From Octopus vulgaris (lineage: Eukaryota), in assembly GCA_951406725.2 (NCBI GenBank), contig OX597826.1, forward strand, positions 41,726,001-41,790,000: 64,000 nucleotides of DNA, written 5' to 3'. The translations under genes were made by a program, and so were the position numbers. The number at the start of each line of letters is the position of its first letter. Positions within the stretch are counted from its first letter, which is position 1. The notes beneath the pieces are model-generated. The model was not told the origin of the DNA. It worked only from the letters and a program-made list of their open reading frames with translations, and searched no databases. Shown here piece by piece: positions 14,412-27,379 of this stretch.

Positions 14412-14592
14412 TCATCATTATCATCATTTAACGTCTGTTTTCCATGCTGGCATGGGTTGGATGATTTGACAGGAGCCAACAAGCCAGGGGCTACATCTGG
14501 CAGCCGTCTGGTTTGGCATGTTTTTTGGGGCTGGATGCTCTTCCTAACGCCACCACTTTACAACGTGAACTGAGCGCTTTTACGTGGCAGCG
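14412..14592 (-). mobile_element. SINE 3' fragment with RTE-like tail
   Basis: Minus strand reads GGCGTTAGGAAGAGCATCCAGC ... CCCATGCCAGCATGGAAAACAGACGTTAAATGATGATAATGATGA. Confidence 0.6.
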
Positions 14593-15129
14593 TACGGTAC
14601 CATAGTTTCAACGACTGGATTTTATATTTTTATGATTTTTATATTTCTTTGATACTATAGACCTTGGTGCAAGTTGACTGAGAACCTGGGGACCAACAAA
14701 ATTGTTCCCAACTCGGCTCCACACCTCCCAAGGCCGGCCCTGTATGTATGTATGTATGTATGTATGTATGTATGTATGTATGTACGTATGTATGCATGTG
14801 TGCATGTATGTATGTATGTATGTATGTATGTATGTATGTATGTATGTATGTATGTATGTAGGTAGGTAGGTAGGTAGGTGAGTGCTATTGGATTAGTTAA
14901 ATCCATATTCTGAGCATTATATATATAGTTACGTATGTATATATACAAGTTTATGTGTATGTACATATATATGTGTGTGAGTGTGTGTGTGTAGAATATG
15001 TAGGTACATAATATACATGATTTTTGCATGCATGTATCATGTATACACACACCCACACACATTCACACTCACACACACACCTGTGTGTGTGTATACGTAT
15101 ATATATATACACATGTATATATTTCTTAG

Positions 15130-15167
<38 letters not shown>

Positions 15168-15233
15168 CTAATATACATATATATATATTTCTTTGTATTT
15201 GTATATATATATATGTATATATATATACATACG

Positions 15234-15343
<110 letters not shown>

Positions 15344-15717
15344 TATATACATACAGAGGATAGAATGAAAAGTAGAAGTACGGAAAGGTCAACCTGTGTA
15401 GGTGGAAGTTGATTAAGGTAATCTAAAACTTTTGATTACATCGATTCCTTCAGCTTATGTTATTCAACCGTATTTGACCTTCTATATTTCGATTTCCTTC
15501 CTCTCCCCATTATTCGTTTCATTCTGTTCTATCTATACCATGGCATCGTGCATACATTCCAATATCACTTCGTTCTTTTATATGTGTTGTTTTTTCTTTT
15601 TTACTCACAAAATTATCAGAGACACAATAACTGAATTTTGAAGTATCTGAGTTATCGTCCCTGATGCATTTACAGAAACCTGTGTTCGCGCGCACACTGA
15701 TATTCACACAACACGCA

Positions 15718-15780
<63 letters not shown>

Positions 15781-16012
15781 TTTCGAGATACTCTCTTTCA
15801 TTACGTTTCATCTCGTTGTGTCTTGGCAATCATATCAGTTCTTTATCTGATTATTTGTTTTTGTAGACAAATGTTGCACTTTTCCTGCAAGCTACATGCT
15901 GGAAACTAAAGTTTGTGCATACCGAGTTCTGTATAAAGTCTTTCCACAACGCACACACACGCACATGTAGGTGCACACGCATGCAAGCATACACAGACAT
16001 ACGGCATATATG

Positions 16013-16073
<61 letters not shown>

Positions 16074-16326
16074 CTACCTATCGATCGATCAATCTATATA
16101 CATATACAGATAAATCTCAACATCTTTGAACTAGTAGCGGTGTTCTGATGATGTGGGTAAACACTAGTTTTAAATTAATTTTATTTAAATTAATTCAATT
16201 AATTTTAATATTATCATATATTTAGTGGTGTTTATCTGAATGAAACAGCTGTTGAACTCAACATATAATTTTTGCCTTTTTTCTTTATATGCACTCTCAA
16301 CTATGGAAAAAGTTTGACATTGGCAT

Positions 16327-16372
<46 letters not shown>

Positions 16373-19300
16373 ATAGGTTAACTTGGACAATCGAAAAAAC
16401 TTCAGCCTTATCTGTATCAGTTTTAACGGGGTTAAACTACGTACTTGTTTGGCATTTGTTCTTGAGCTGTGTTAAATTTATTGATCCTTAAAGGATAAAA
16501 CGATATGCCGATCTGATAGGGAATTAACTACAAAATATAAAGAGAAGGTAACTAGAGATCAAAAAATATTTCGTGTCTGATATTATAACGTGATGTTCAA
16601 ATCTGCACTGCTGTATCTTTCATCCAATAGGTTACAAAGGAGTTATCAAACACTAAATGCACTTTATAGCAAAATTTAACTTTCTTTTTTTGTCTTTGGT
16701 CAGTAAGTGTAATTTCCTATTTACTTCCATCTTGAAACCAAAGGAGATGACCACTATTCTCTTCAAACTTTGTTTTGTGTTCTGGACATGACTGTTTAGA
16801 AATTGACCTATCTTTCATTACATTTCAGACAGATTCAGCGCTGATATTTCTGATGCAGAACTATTGTTATTGCAAATATTCTGCTCAGTACCACAGATTT
16901 GATTGTCAGTTGCTTCTCCATAATCACTAGAGCATGTCCCTTAGAGGCTAATAAAAATATGTGCATCTCTAATCAGGAGCAGGACCATTGAAGGAACATC
17001 ATAAACATGTGTTGAGAAGGATTCTTTGTGTTTTGAATAAATATAAGAAAAGCAAAGTCTGGAGGAAATGTTAGCTTTTCAGTTTGGCTACCAACTTTCG
17101 AAAGTTCAAAGTTTATTGAAAATTTGAAAATTTGCTATATTAATGTAGTTTTCAAAGCTGAATCTCGGGAGATATTTCACTTTTTCCAGTAAAAAATATT
17201 TTAAAAAAGTTGTAGAGGTTAAGAAAAAAGGATTTGGAAGCTGTTATTTTGTGTGTGACCGAACGTGTCGTCAACTGTAAACAAATGAAACACTGGCGTA
17301 ATACTGCTTTACGTACGCCATATGACCTTTTAATTTTTTTATTTTTGAATTTTCAGAAAAGTTTTGCAAATTTGTAATTTATACACGAGAATTCCTACGA
17401 TTAGGCAAAAGCCAAAACAAATAAATTGGGGCTGTGCGATTTAAGGCATATTTAGCTGTTATTCTTAATACATCTCACCACCACCTCATGAATAGAATAT
17501 ATTTGTCAACACGAGCTATCCCGCGGACAAAAGAGTTCTCATGCTTGGCTTGTTACTATGGAAACAGGCATGAATGTGTCTGTGGCTTACGACTGGCTAA
17601 AATTACTCAAAATTTGCAAACTTCAAAAGCTATTAACTCTCTATTTAATGATTTATGGCGAAAATAAATGTCAAGATCATTGATTAGCATATAAAACCTA
17701 TCATTAAACCGAATATGAAATCTATTCGAACACAAATTGAAGAGATTGAGTATTGGCATCCCAAAAGAAAAGATCCAAAACAGTTGCAGACCAAGGACAA
17801 AAATCGTGTTACACAGTGTTATTGAACTTACATCTATACTTGCATACAAAACATATTTTTACAGTTTTGAATGGAGGCAAATTAGTTATCCCTTTTAATC
17901 AAATGGGATTTGAACCTAGAACGATAAGGTAACGAGTTTACAAGCTGGCTCAAATAATTCATCAGTCTTCACATTCCACATCGAAAAGTTCTGTAAAAGT
18001 TAACAACAGGAAATGAAATTAAGCAGTGAGTCATCGTCATTGTAAATCAGATAAGCTAGATTGATACATATATATATATAGAGAGGGAAAGATAGATAAA
18101 AATAGAGTAGGTGTGGTAGTGAGGGGGAGAGTGAGTGTGAGGGCGTGAATGAGAGAACATGGTTGGATTAAACAGAAAAACGCCAAATTTGCGAAAACAG
18201 TCAAGTGTATGCAGGAAAAGAATGGAGATAGATCTGGTGGTGGTGTGAGTAAATAATAGAGATAGGCAGATGGAGGGAATGAAGGGAACAAAGAGAAAGA
18301 AAAATGAGGAAGACATGGGCATAGAAAGGTAGAGATACAGATAGATAGATAGATAGATAGATAAAGAGAGAGAGAGAGAGAGAGAAGGAGAGCGAGAGAG
18401 TATTAGTAGTAATAGTAGTGGTGACAGAGTAGGAGATAAAGGAGACCTATTTTGTAGACAAGGAGAGTCATTGGTGATGAAACATTACAGCCAACTCAAA
18501 TGGCATGTAACATGGAAAGTGTTTAAAGAATATAAGTATGAATATATGTGTGTATGTATATGTGCATTATGACGTTCTACGAATGAATGAATTATGAATG
18601 CATGTGTATGTATGAGGTTGTATGCTTAAGCTTTGAAATATATCGAAATAAATATTATTATATGCACAGTTAGTTACTGGTAGTATTTTGACTTGTAGTT
18701 CAAATGTATCAGTTATCTTGCAATGCTTATCACTAGAATTTATACTATGGTGACCGAGAGAGTAGCAAAACTGTTGTACAAGCTTTTGTTACTCCAATCC
18801 AATGATGTATACGCATTTGACTCAAGTAGATTCGTCAACATTCAAGCAAGAGTGGACAAAGAAGTTTACAAACACAAATAAGCATATTATTATGTATATA
18901 TGTATGTGCCCTGAGCATATCATTAAATTGCATTCGGTGGTGAGGCTTCAATTCAAGAGTTCTGGAGTTGTGGGGAGTATGATGTCACTTCTTAATTACC
19001 ATTACTCCCAAGTCCATTCTGACTCGGAACGATTGTAACTGTTAGTGTCTCTTGTATAGGTTAAATAAACTTTCCAGAGATCGAGGAGGATCGTTATTTT
19101 TGACAAAGCAGTGGGAAAGGAAGCTCTTCAGGGAGTAAGATACTCTGACATAAAACTTGCCGTCAAAATAGTACAAGTCATTTTGCAATGCTTGATACTG
19201 AAATCTACAACTAGTGCGGCCGAAGGGTGGCAAAAGTGTTGTAAATCCAATGACGTGCAGATGTCTCACTCTATCATCATCTTTCTTGTCCTATGGAAAT

Positions 19301-19778
19301 GGATGCGTGGCGTGAAAAGTTATATCCAAGCACAAGCGAGAATGAAAGTAATTCAGAAAATTCAGACTGAATATGAGAGGCTATTATCTGACAAGATGAG
19401 GCAATCAGATTCTGAGAACTTTCGGTCTAGAGATTCCCACACCATCATCCTTCTCTACTCTACTTTTTGCTCGACCCCCACCTTGAGTACTGTTGCCCAC
19501 TGTAGTGTCCCCATACGCTACATCATTTGTGTGATGTGGAAAATATTCTTTGAGACTTTTATGTATGGCAAAGCTCCAGAAGAACATGTTCCTTTTTATA
19601 CTTGCAAATAGTTGAAGAAACATCTTGATGTTTCGGATGGAGAGAGGAAGATAAATATAGGCATATTTGCTTTTTTTTACATGGGCATATTCGGCAATTT
19701 CTATTTCGGTTTTTCTATTTTTCACTTGGTTTGTGGACATCGATTAATTTCTAATTTGTTTTAGAGCGCTATTGGTGG

Positions 19779-19813
<35 letters not shown>

Positions 19814-19944
19814 CACACACACATATATGTATATATATATATAGTTAATCCAAACATGAAAACACCAAGAGAAAACACAACAACGCGAGGACGTGGAACA
19901 AATATAGTATTATTGGACGCTCAGGAAGGAAGGGAAGAAGGAGG

Positions 19945-19979
19945 GTTTAACGTTTCGAGCGGAGCTCTTCGTTGGAAAC
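19945..19979 (-). ncRNA. Minimal type I hammerhead-like motif (core mutated)
   Basis: GTTT-CCAACGA-A-GAGC(TCC)GCTC-GAAACGTT-AAAC: stems I and II pair, stem III is the palindromic ACGT, and the core deviates from CUGANGA at 2 positions. Confidence 0.55.
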
Positions 19980-20268
19980 ATAGGAGAAGGAAAGATCCAG
20001 AGAAGGGAAGACAGAGGAAAAAATATTCATATATATATTCTTTTATTCTTTCTTTTACTTGTTTCAGTCATTTGACTGTGGCCATGCTGGAGCACCACAC
20101 AAGGACGGAAACGCACGCCTGCTAGCTTACATGCAAATACATGCAGACAGACACACACATACACGCGCGCCCGCACTCACGTAAATGCGCGTATCGAAAT
20201 GTATAAATACTTATATTCATGAGTATGTATATGTGATAGCATCGGAGAAAGAAATGAGAGAAAAAGAG

Positions 20269-20303
<35 letters not shown>

Positions 20304-20614
20304 AAGACTGAGGTAGGGGAATTTTCTATAGAAAGGACGACACACGCTGACAAACATGCACACGTACAGACACCAATGTATGTACATACAGATACATCTA
20401 CACGCGCGCGCACACACACACACACACACGCGCATACACATTTATATAGAAGACGTAAAAAAAGACAGAGTGATGGTGAGTTTGGATGGCTGTTTGATTA
20501 ATGCGTGTGTAATTTGATATCGAAAATTTAAAAGATGGGCAGAGACTGAATCGCTTAGTCATCTTACTGGATGGAAGTAGTTAGCTACTACTACTACTAC
20601 TACTACTACTACTC

Positions 20615-20682
<68 letters not shown>

Positions 20683-21349
20683 GACAATCGGAAAAAGAAA
20701 TTAAGTCACTGTCAACGAAGTGACTAAACGCGAATTTGTCCGGAATTTATATGTATTTATCGTAGCAACAGATATGTCGCCCAGTTTCGTTGCTTTTTTT
20801 TTAGAAAATTGTCCTACAGCCATTAAAGGAGTAAATGACATGGGTGTCAGTGCGTGTGCGTATTTGTATGTGAGTGTGTGTGTGTGTATGTGTGTGTGCG
20901 CGCGCGTACATTATTGCGTAAATGATTTACTATTGCGAGAGGAATCCATCATTATTATGTGGCTGTTGTTCTTATTGTTGCTTCTGTTGCTAATATCATT
21001 GGTGTTATTAAGGCAGAATCTTTAGCACTCCAGGCAGAATGCTTAGCATCATCTTTGACAGTTTTTCTGCGATTGGTCTAATCGACTTATCCCTTTCCCC
21101 GAAAATGCCGACCTTGTGCCAAGATTTGAAGCCAATATTACTGGTATTATTGTTGTTGCCGTTAGTTCTGTTTGACCCTAGGTCAGTCCTTTCGAGCAGG
21201 CTCCAATGGTTAAAGCCAGACATTCTTTTTGAAGTCTCTGAACTTAATCAGTTACCATTTCGATTATTCATTTATACGCGCGCGCAACGCACACACGCAT
21301 GTTATATATGAACACACACATACACACACACACATATATATATATATAA

Positions 21350-21704
21350 TGAAAGAAAGTGTTGAATACAGTGCTCAGGTGCACTACAACTAAAAAAAAA
21401 ATGGCCATCAGGTGTATTGTTATCGGATTTCAGGATACATGAAAGTTTTGAAGGATGTACTGTCTTGATAGCTAACAACTGATGCAGGTAGTTTATTCCA
21501 TCCCAAAGCAATTCTGAGCGTGAAAAAATTTTTCCGAAAGTCGTGGGTGCTGTGATGTTTTTCGATTTTATAAGCATGTCCGCGAGTGTTTGTCATATGG
21601 AATTCAAAAGACTGCCTGAGGCTGTTGTAGGAAAGATGGTGGATAATCTTGTGGGTACAGACGCAGGCGAAGAGACATCAACACAATTGGATGCACAATA
21701 TAGC

Positions 21705-21705
<1 letters not shown>
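21350..21705 (-). mobile_element. CR1/L2-group LINE 3' end fragment
   Basis: Minus-strand translation across a frameshift gives ...TNTRGHAYKIEK...FRKNFF(T)LRIALGWNKLPASVV, the typical CR1 ORF2 C-terminus. Confidence 0.7.
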
Positions 21706-21754
<49 letters not shown>

Positions 21755-21772
21755 TATATGTATATATATATA

Positions 21773-21810
<38 letters not shown>

Positions 21811-21833
21811 CCGTCTTTATTTATATTTATATA

Positions 21834-22228
21834 TCTTTATATATAAAAGTGAGGTTGTGTGCTGTCTGTCTCCTACGATTTAAATTCCTAACTACTCCCA
21901 CATTTTGCGGTGCAGTTTAACCAAAACCGGGTATCTTATAGTCGTGATTCATATCGAGCCCTTCTGGGTATTAGCGCGCGTCTACGATGAGTCTACGATT
22001 TAAAAAAAAAATTACCATCAATTTTTCCCATTTTTAATGCATTTTTGGCATATATAAGGAAAGTAACTCTCTAAAAATTTAATAAATCTCAGAACGTAAA
22101 ATGCTACAGTAACACCCCACCCCTTTGTGGTTAGCCATATTGAGATGGCTATTATACTTTACATCTCTAAAAATGCTTATATAGTTATTTCCCTTACAAA
22201 TCCGAGCAACGCCGGGCGATACTGCTAG
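21834..22228 (+). mobile_element. Non-autonomous Helitron
   Basis: A|TC start, hairpin plus CTGCTAG|T end. The body is homologous to 2487-3000. Confidence 0.85.
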
Positions 22229-22242
22229 TATAAATATAAATA

Positions 22243-22467
22243 AAGACGGCGAGATGGCAAAAACGTTAGCGCGCCGGGCGGAATGCTTAGCGGTATTTCG
22301 TCTGCCGTTACGTTCTGAGTTCAAATTCCGCCAATTTTGACTTTGCCTTTCATCCTTTCGGAGTCGATAAATAAAGTACCAGTTACGCACTGTAATCGAC
22401 TTAATACCTTTGTCTGTCCATGTTTGTCCCTCTATGTTTAGCCCCTTGTGGGCAATAAAGAAATAAG

Positions 22468-22470
<3 letters not shown>
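22243..22470 (+). mobile_element. tRNA-derived SINE (Meta/Sauria-like central domain), monomer
   Basis: Head GGCGAGATGGCAAAAACGTTAGC, B box GAGTTCAAATTCC, domain GACTTTGCCTTTCATCCTTTCGGAGTCGATAAA, tail AAAGAAATAAGAAAT. Confidence 0.8.
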
Positions 22471-22510
<40 letters not shown>

Positions 22511-23086
22511 CATACAGTCAATTAAAATGGAATCCCACTAAGCAGACGGGAATATCTTAGTGAATAAAATATCTTTTCAAAGGAACAAAAGTATTTTCCT
22601 AAACTTCAAACCCAAGTGTGAATTTGTTATTCTGTTACTTTGTCGTTTTTGTTAAATTCATCTTTATATTATAGCGCTGCTATACTGTTGTATTTATATT
22701 ATTAAACACATTTATATTTCAAATTTTGTAAATTGCTCATATTTTTTCTTTCCGATTTAGATGAGAGTGACTGACATAAAACTTTAGTATCTAGTGCAAT
22801 GTCTTTCGTGGAAAATTACAAAGTACAAGTAATACTTATGTACTTATATCCAACGACACTTACATATATTAATACTTATAAACCATAATACTTATATATA
22901 GGTGTCTCGCCCTTCTTTTACTATTTCTCTTGCTCTGCGTGTGCGTGTATGTTTGTGTATGTGTAAAATATAATACATACATACATACATACATACATAA
23001 ATACATACATACATACATACATACATACATACATACATACATACATACATACATACATACATACATACATACATACATACATACAT

Positions 23087-23757
23087 AATGAAATCCACCG
23101 GAAGGACAACCCCGACGACAAAGGAATAAGAACCCACAATAGGATAGAAGCCATAGCCACTCATAATAAAAAGGAGTACTGCTGGAATGTCCCAGTGAAA
23201 ACCCCAATAAAATGTAAACACAATAGTCCTGATAAGATGATTTGGGATAGAGAAGAGAAACTGCGCACAGTTGTGGAAATTAGTTGCCCAGCAGATGTTA
23301 ACATAAAGCTGAAAGTTAGTGAAAACGAGAACACTTACGCTGAATTATAGAAAAATCTGCAGTTACTCTATCCAGATTACAAGTGCAGGTTTATACCTGT
23401 AATTATTGGGGTACTGCGATATGTAACACATTACCTAAATACCAATCATGAGAAATTAGGCTTCTCAAAACCAGAAAGGAGAAAGCTGATTCGATGATTA
23501 CAGATCCTACCCATCACTGGAACTGTACAAATCTGTAAAACTTTCCAGATGTTAATCATTTAAGTATATATGAGCATGTCTAGATATGCAACTATTTGGA
23601 TGAGAATACATACATAAAACAAAGTATACAAATCTGCACGTATACATACAAAAATACCCTGTTGTTGATGTTGAAATTCCAATGAAGATGTCTTGGATCT
23701 AGGTTAGAAACCAGCTCTTTCTCTGTTGGTAAGAAATCTTGAAATAAAACTGAATGA
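23087..23757 (+). mobile_element. 5'-truncated REL-endonuclease LINE (R4/Dong-like) 3' end
   Basis: Translates to WNVPVKTPIKCKHNSPDKMIWDREEKLRTVVEISCPADVNIKLK...FIPVIIGVL, a PD-(D/E)-type REL domain, followed by a 3' UTR. Both flanks are (CATA)n-type repeats. Confidence 0.8.
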
Positions 23758-23811
23758 CATACATATATACATACATACGTACATCCAAACATGCACACAG
23801 ACAGACAGACA

Positions 23812-23861
<50 letters not shown>

Positions 23862-24003
23862 TATATGTGCTGTATGTAGAAATTGACCAGATTACAAAAG
23901 TAAAAGTGAAAGAGTAGATACTTAATCCACTTGTTGACAGTTCTTTCGTGATCTGTGTTACTTATATAAGTGATGCTTCATAACTATCAAGCAATTGTAA
24001 ATG

Positions 24004-24057
<54 letters not shown>

Positions 24058-24311
24058 CAAAATGGGACAATAACGCGAAACATCCAGACAGTTAGGTGAT
24101 GCAAGAAAGGGACAACAAAACATCCTCCAGATAGACGATACAAAGAAAACAAGGACGGGTCATTCGGAGTTTTCTTTCCTCAGTCGAGTTCCAGATTACT
24201 TTTGCAATTTCGGCTGGTTATATATATATATGTATATATATATGATAGACCGTTAGCTCCTACACGCATTTTTTTCTCTCCTTGTTTCTCTCTTTGTTTC
24301 TTTTCTGTGTA

Positions 24312-24349
24312 TCTTTCTGTCGAAGAGCGTAGGCTCGAAACGTAAAAGA
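24312..24349 (+). ncRNA. Minimal type I hammerhead-like motif
   Basis: TCTTT-CTGTCGA-A-GAGC(GTAG)GCTC-GAAACGTA-AAAGA. One core change (A6->U) and a palindromic ACGT stem III. Confidence 0.6.
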
Positions 24350-24439
24350 CTTTTTCTATTCCTGAGTGCCATACTAATACATTTGTTTGTTTGTACTCCC
24401 CCTGCCTTCGTCTTTTGTTTATTTTCGTAAACCTTCCCG

Positions 24440-24513
<74 letters not shown>

Positions 24514-24918
24514 GTTGTTTGTAGCTTCCCCCATATATATATATTCACAAGCCTACTTTACATGCCTTTGTTTTCAGTGCCATCACTGCTGAGAATCCAG
24601 CGTTGCGATGGGTCGAGGGGGAATGGATCAGCATAGTCAGTACATGCATGCATCGAAAGAAGATGATCGTCATGCATATACATAACGAACAGGCTACATT
24701 TCAAAAATTTCATGGCTGGTTAAAACATATCTCTCTGCTATAAATAGCAAATTGTTTTATTATATAGTCGCAAACAATAAATGTATTCGGCAGATTTCCC
24801 TCTTTGCAAATCCTGGAATTATCATATATGGTGCTAATTAACGAGGCGACGGCAGTAGACAAACACGAATTTAGAACAAGAATACAATAAAATAATGTGA
24901 ATCACATATAGTAAAATG

Positions 24919-25348
24919 GGATCTTTTCGATTTGAACGGCAGTTTTTTCTAGCGGTGTCACATGAAATTGTCACCCATAATTATGACCCTAGTCTCGATC
25001 TATTGCATTTCAATCTGTTTTAGGGTTAAGGTTAGTTAGGGTTAGGGGTGGGGGGAAGGTTATCTTTTTTTTCTTCACAAATTTGAATACAGCCAATCTG
25101 TTTCTTAAACGAGGGACATATTCATACGGCACAGAATGTTGTTTTTAACTCAATGGACGTATTTGATTGGTTGAAATTACAGAAATTGAAGAAAAAACCC
25201 CACAAATATCTTACAAACTATAGAATTTTCTCAATAAAGCCAAGAGAAAAAGATGTTTTATAAACACATTCTACCAGTATACGAAGTTTAAAATTTTTTA
25301 GTTACCTAGAAATTATGTTAAAAACTGCCGTTCAAACCGAAAAGATCC
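24919..25348. mobile_element. MITE with GG-starting TIRs and 8-bp TSD (Merlin-like by inference)
   Basis: TIR GGATCTTTTCGATTTGAACGGCAGTTTTT / AAAAACTGCCGTTCAAACCGAAAAGATCC. Perfect TSD GTAAAATG at 24911-24918 and 25349-25356. Confidence 0.85.
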
Positions 25349-25831
25349 GTAAAATGATAGAATAAAAGATAAAATAAGAAAGAATAAATTCTTTATTCTT
25401 TTATTCTTTTTTGTTGGTTTCAGTCGTAGGACTGCAGTCTTAACTTGCAGCAGCTGATATTCCGTAGGTGTATTCTTGAATTATTGGCTGGTTTGATTTC
25501 GTCAAAGATTTGCTTTCCAAAGATTTAGCTGACCGTTCCCTAATGTCTAAATAAATAAACCATATGATAAAAAATCGAGAATAAGAAAAAATAAATGAAT
25601 AAATAAATAAACGAATAAATAGAATGATAATTATGCAGAAAATATAGAAAATATTTAAAAAAAATTGGAGTTTTATTATCGAGATAGTAGGCCTGGCTTA
25701 TTAAAGACAATACATGGTCTTTAGTAGAGGTACTTTAGTACATAGCAAATCAGCATAGACTGTTGGAATTTCACGCATTGCTGATTCAGAAGGACAGGAA
25801 TATCATTTGAAGACCATTGATAACGGAACCA

Positions 25832-25863
<32 letters not shown>

Positions 25864-25942
25864 ACACTCATGCACACACACGCACACACACAGACACACA
25901 CTCATGCACACACACACACTTTATATGAATATTTCCACAGAC

Positions 25943-26087
25943 TATTAGGTTGTCCCAAAAGTTCGTAAACACTTGCGAAAATTGAATTTTTACTCGCCAA
26001 GTACTAACAAAAACAACAAAAATTATTCCTCAAAATAAAGACCATTATTTTCCAAGACTTTCTACGAACTTTTGGGGCAACCTTATA
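25943..26087. mobile_element. ~140-bp Tc1/mariner-type MITE
   Basis: TA|TTAGGTTGTCCCAAAAGTTCGTA ... TACGAACTTTTGGGGCAACCTTA|TA. Confidence 0.75.
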
Positions 26088-26183
26088 TTTTACTCATACT
26101 TTCACATATACACGCTCTCACGCACACACCAGTTTTTATACAACATATTTGTATCAAAAGAGTAATTTCATAAATAGTCGAAG

Positions 26184-26225
<42 letters not shown>

Positions 26226-26261
26226 TGCGATATATGGTGAACTTTCTCGATTTTTTTTATA

Positions 26262-26482
26262 ATGATCAAGTGTTCGTGCCGCACATTAGCTCACTCTCTC
26301 CATCAAATCGACGCTGTCTGAACAGGCGCACCGTGTACCACTCGTCAGGTGTCGAAGCGATCGCAGACCAATGTGAAACGAAGTGTTTTGCTTAAAAACA
26401 CAACACACCACCCGGCCTAGGAATTGAAATCACGATCTCGCGACCGTAAGTACAACACTCTAATCACTAGCCCATACGCCTT
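26262..26482 (-). mobile_element. Diverged tRNA-derived SINE
   Basis: Minus-strand head GGCGTATGGGCTAGTGATTAG...GATTTCAATTCC, then TTGTGTTTTTAAGCAAAACACTT. Confidence 0.6.
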
Positions 26483-27190
26483 GCGATATATACACATATA
26501 CATATTAATATGCATACGAGTACAGACAATAATTACACACATATATACTTACAACCATTCACACTCTATCGAGTACCCCGCTATCAGGTCTATGACTTAG
26601 GATATACTGTACTATAGTTGAAGTTACATATTATGTAAATGAGAACAACAACCTAAAAGGGAGTAATCAGATACAAAATAAAATAAAGTGCAGGAAACAT
26701 ATATCTAGAAGTACGTTAAAGGGGTCAGATTTTACATTAAACTTGTAGTATTTTTAGTACACTAGAGTTTATAATAAAAGTGTAATTATTAGTATAATAT
26801 AGAGAGTGGGTGGACCAGTGGTGCATTCGTGTACATGATATAACTAATTTATGAGAAAAGGATTACAGCTAATAAGATCAGATTAACGATATACACTAAT
26901 CGTATTTTAATATCACTATTTCTATGTGGTAATACTGAATTGCCAATCAAAATCAAACCAATCTGGATTGAGATGAGATAAACGAAGGAAGGTAGAAGCA
27001 TAGTGAAGCATAAAGAATTAGAAGGTATACTAACTAGAAGGGTAAGGCCCACAGGGCTTGACTAATAATACTAATATCAATAGTGCATTTAGGCTAGAGC
27101 TAATACTTGTTAAAGTTACCACTACAGATTTTTATGGACATTATAGCCAACACTGATTTGTTACGATTGAAAATGGATTAATGGGTAATG

Positions 27191-27235
27191 GGCGTATATG
27201 CATGTTTCAGGACTCCTTGCCTCTTCTTCAGCACC
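27191..27235 (-). ncRNA. Type I hammerhead ribozyme-like motif, near intact
   Basis: GGTG-CTGAAGA-AG(A)GGC AAGGA GTCCT-GAAACA TGCA TATA-CGCC. The core is intact, stem I has 4 bp, stem II has 5 bp with a bulge, and stem III has one mismatch and a palindromic TGCA loop. Confidence 0.65.
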
Positions 27236-27379
27236 ACATCTAACCCATTAAACAGCCACGAACTCATTGCTTAGATAGCCACTAAAAAAGTATATAGTAT
27301 GTAATATATAATGGTTGCATAACAAAATATGATATCACTACACATAATTAAGAGCATCTGTCTATCTCTCTATAGATAG

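Larger units (their letters stand above)
12685..14742. mobile_element. hAT-like non-autonomous element (~2.06 kb) with nested insertions
   Basis: 13-bp perfect TIR CAGGGCCGGCCTT...AAGGCCGGCCCTG. The 8-bp flanks TAAGTATG/TATGTATG lie within a (GTAT)n tract. Confidence 0.6.

Noticed and set aside
17060-17430. Possible DNA-transposon fragment
   Set aside because: No TIR pair or TSD could be identified.
19111-19740. 166-aa and 111-aa ORFs
   Set aside because: No recognisable domain; the region looks like decayed transposon debris that I cannot classify.
24150-24190. Minus-strand CTGAGGA...CGAAT motif in a TA-flanked island
   Set aside because: Stem II is weak, GAAA is incomplete and stem I was not found.
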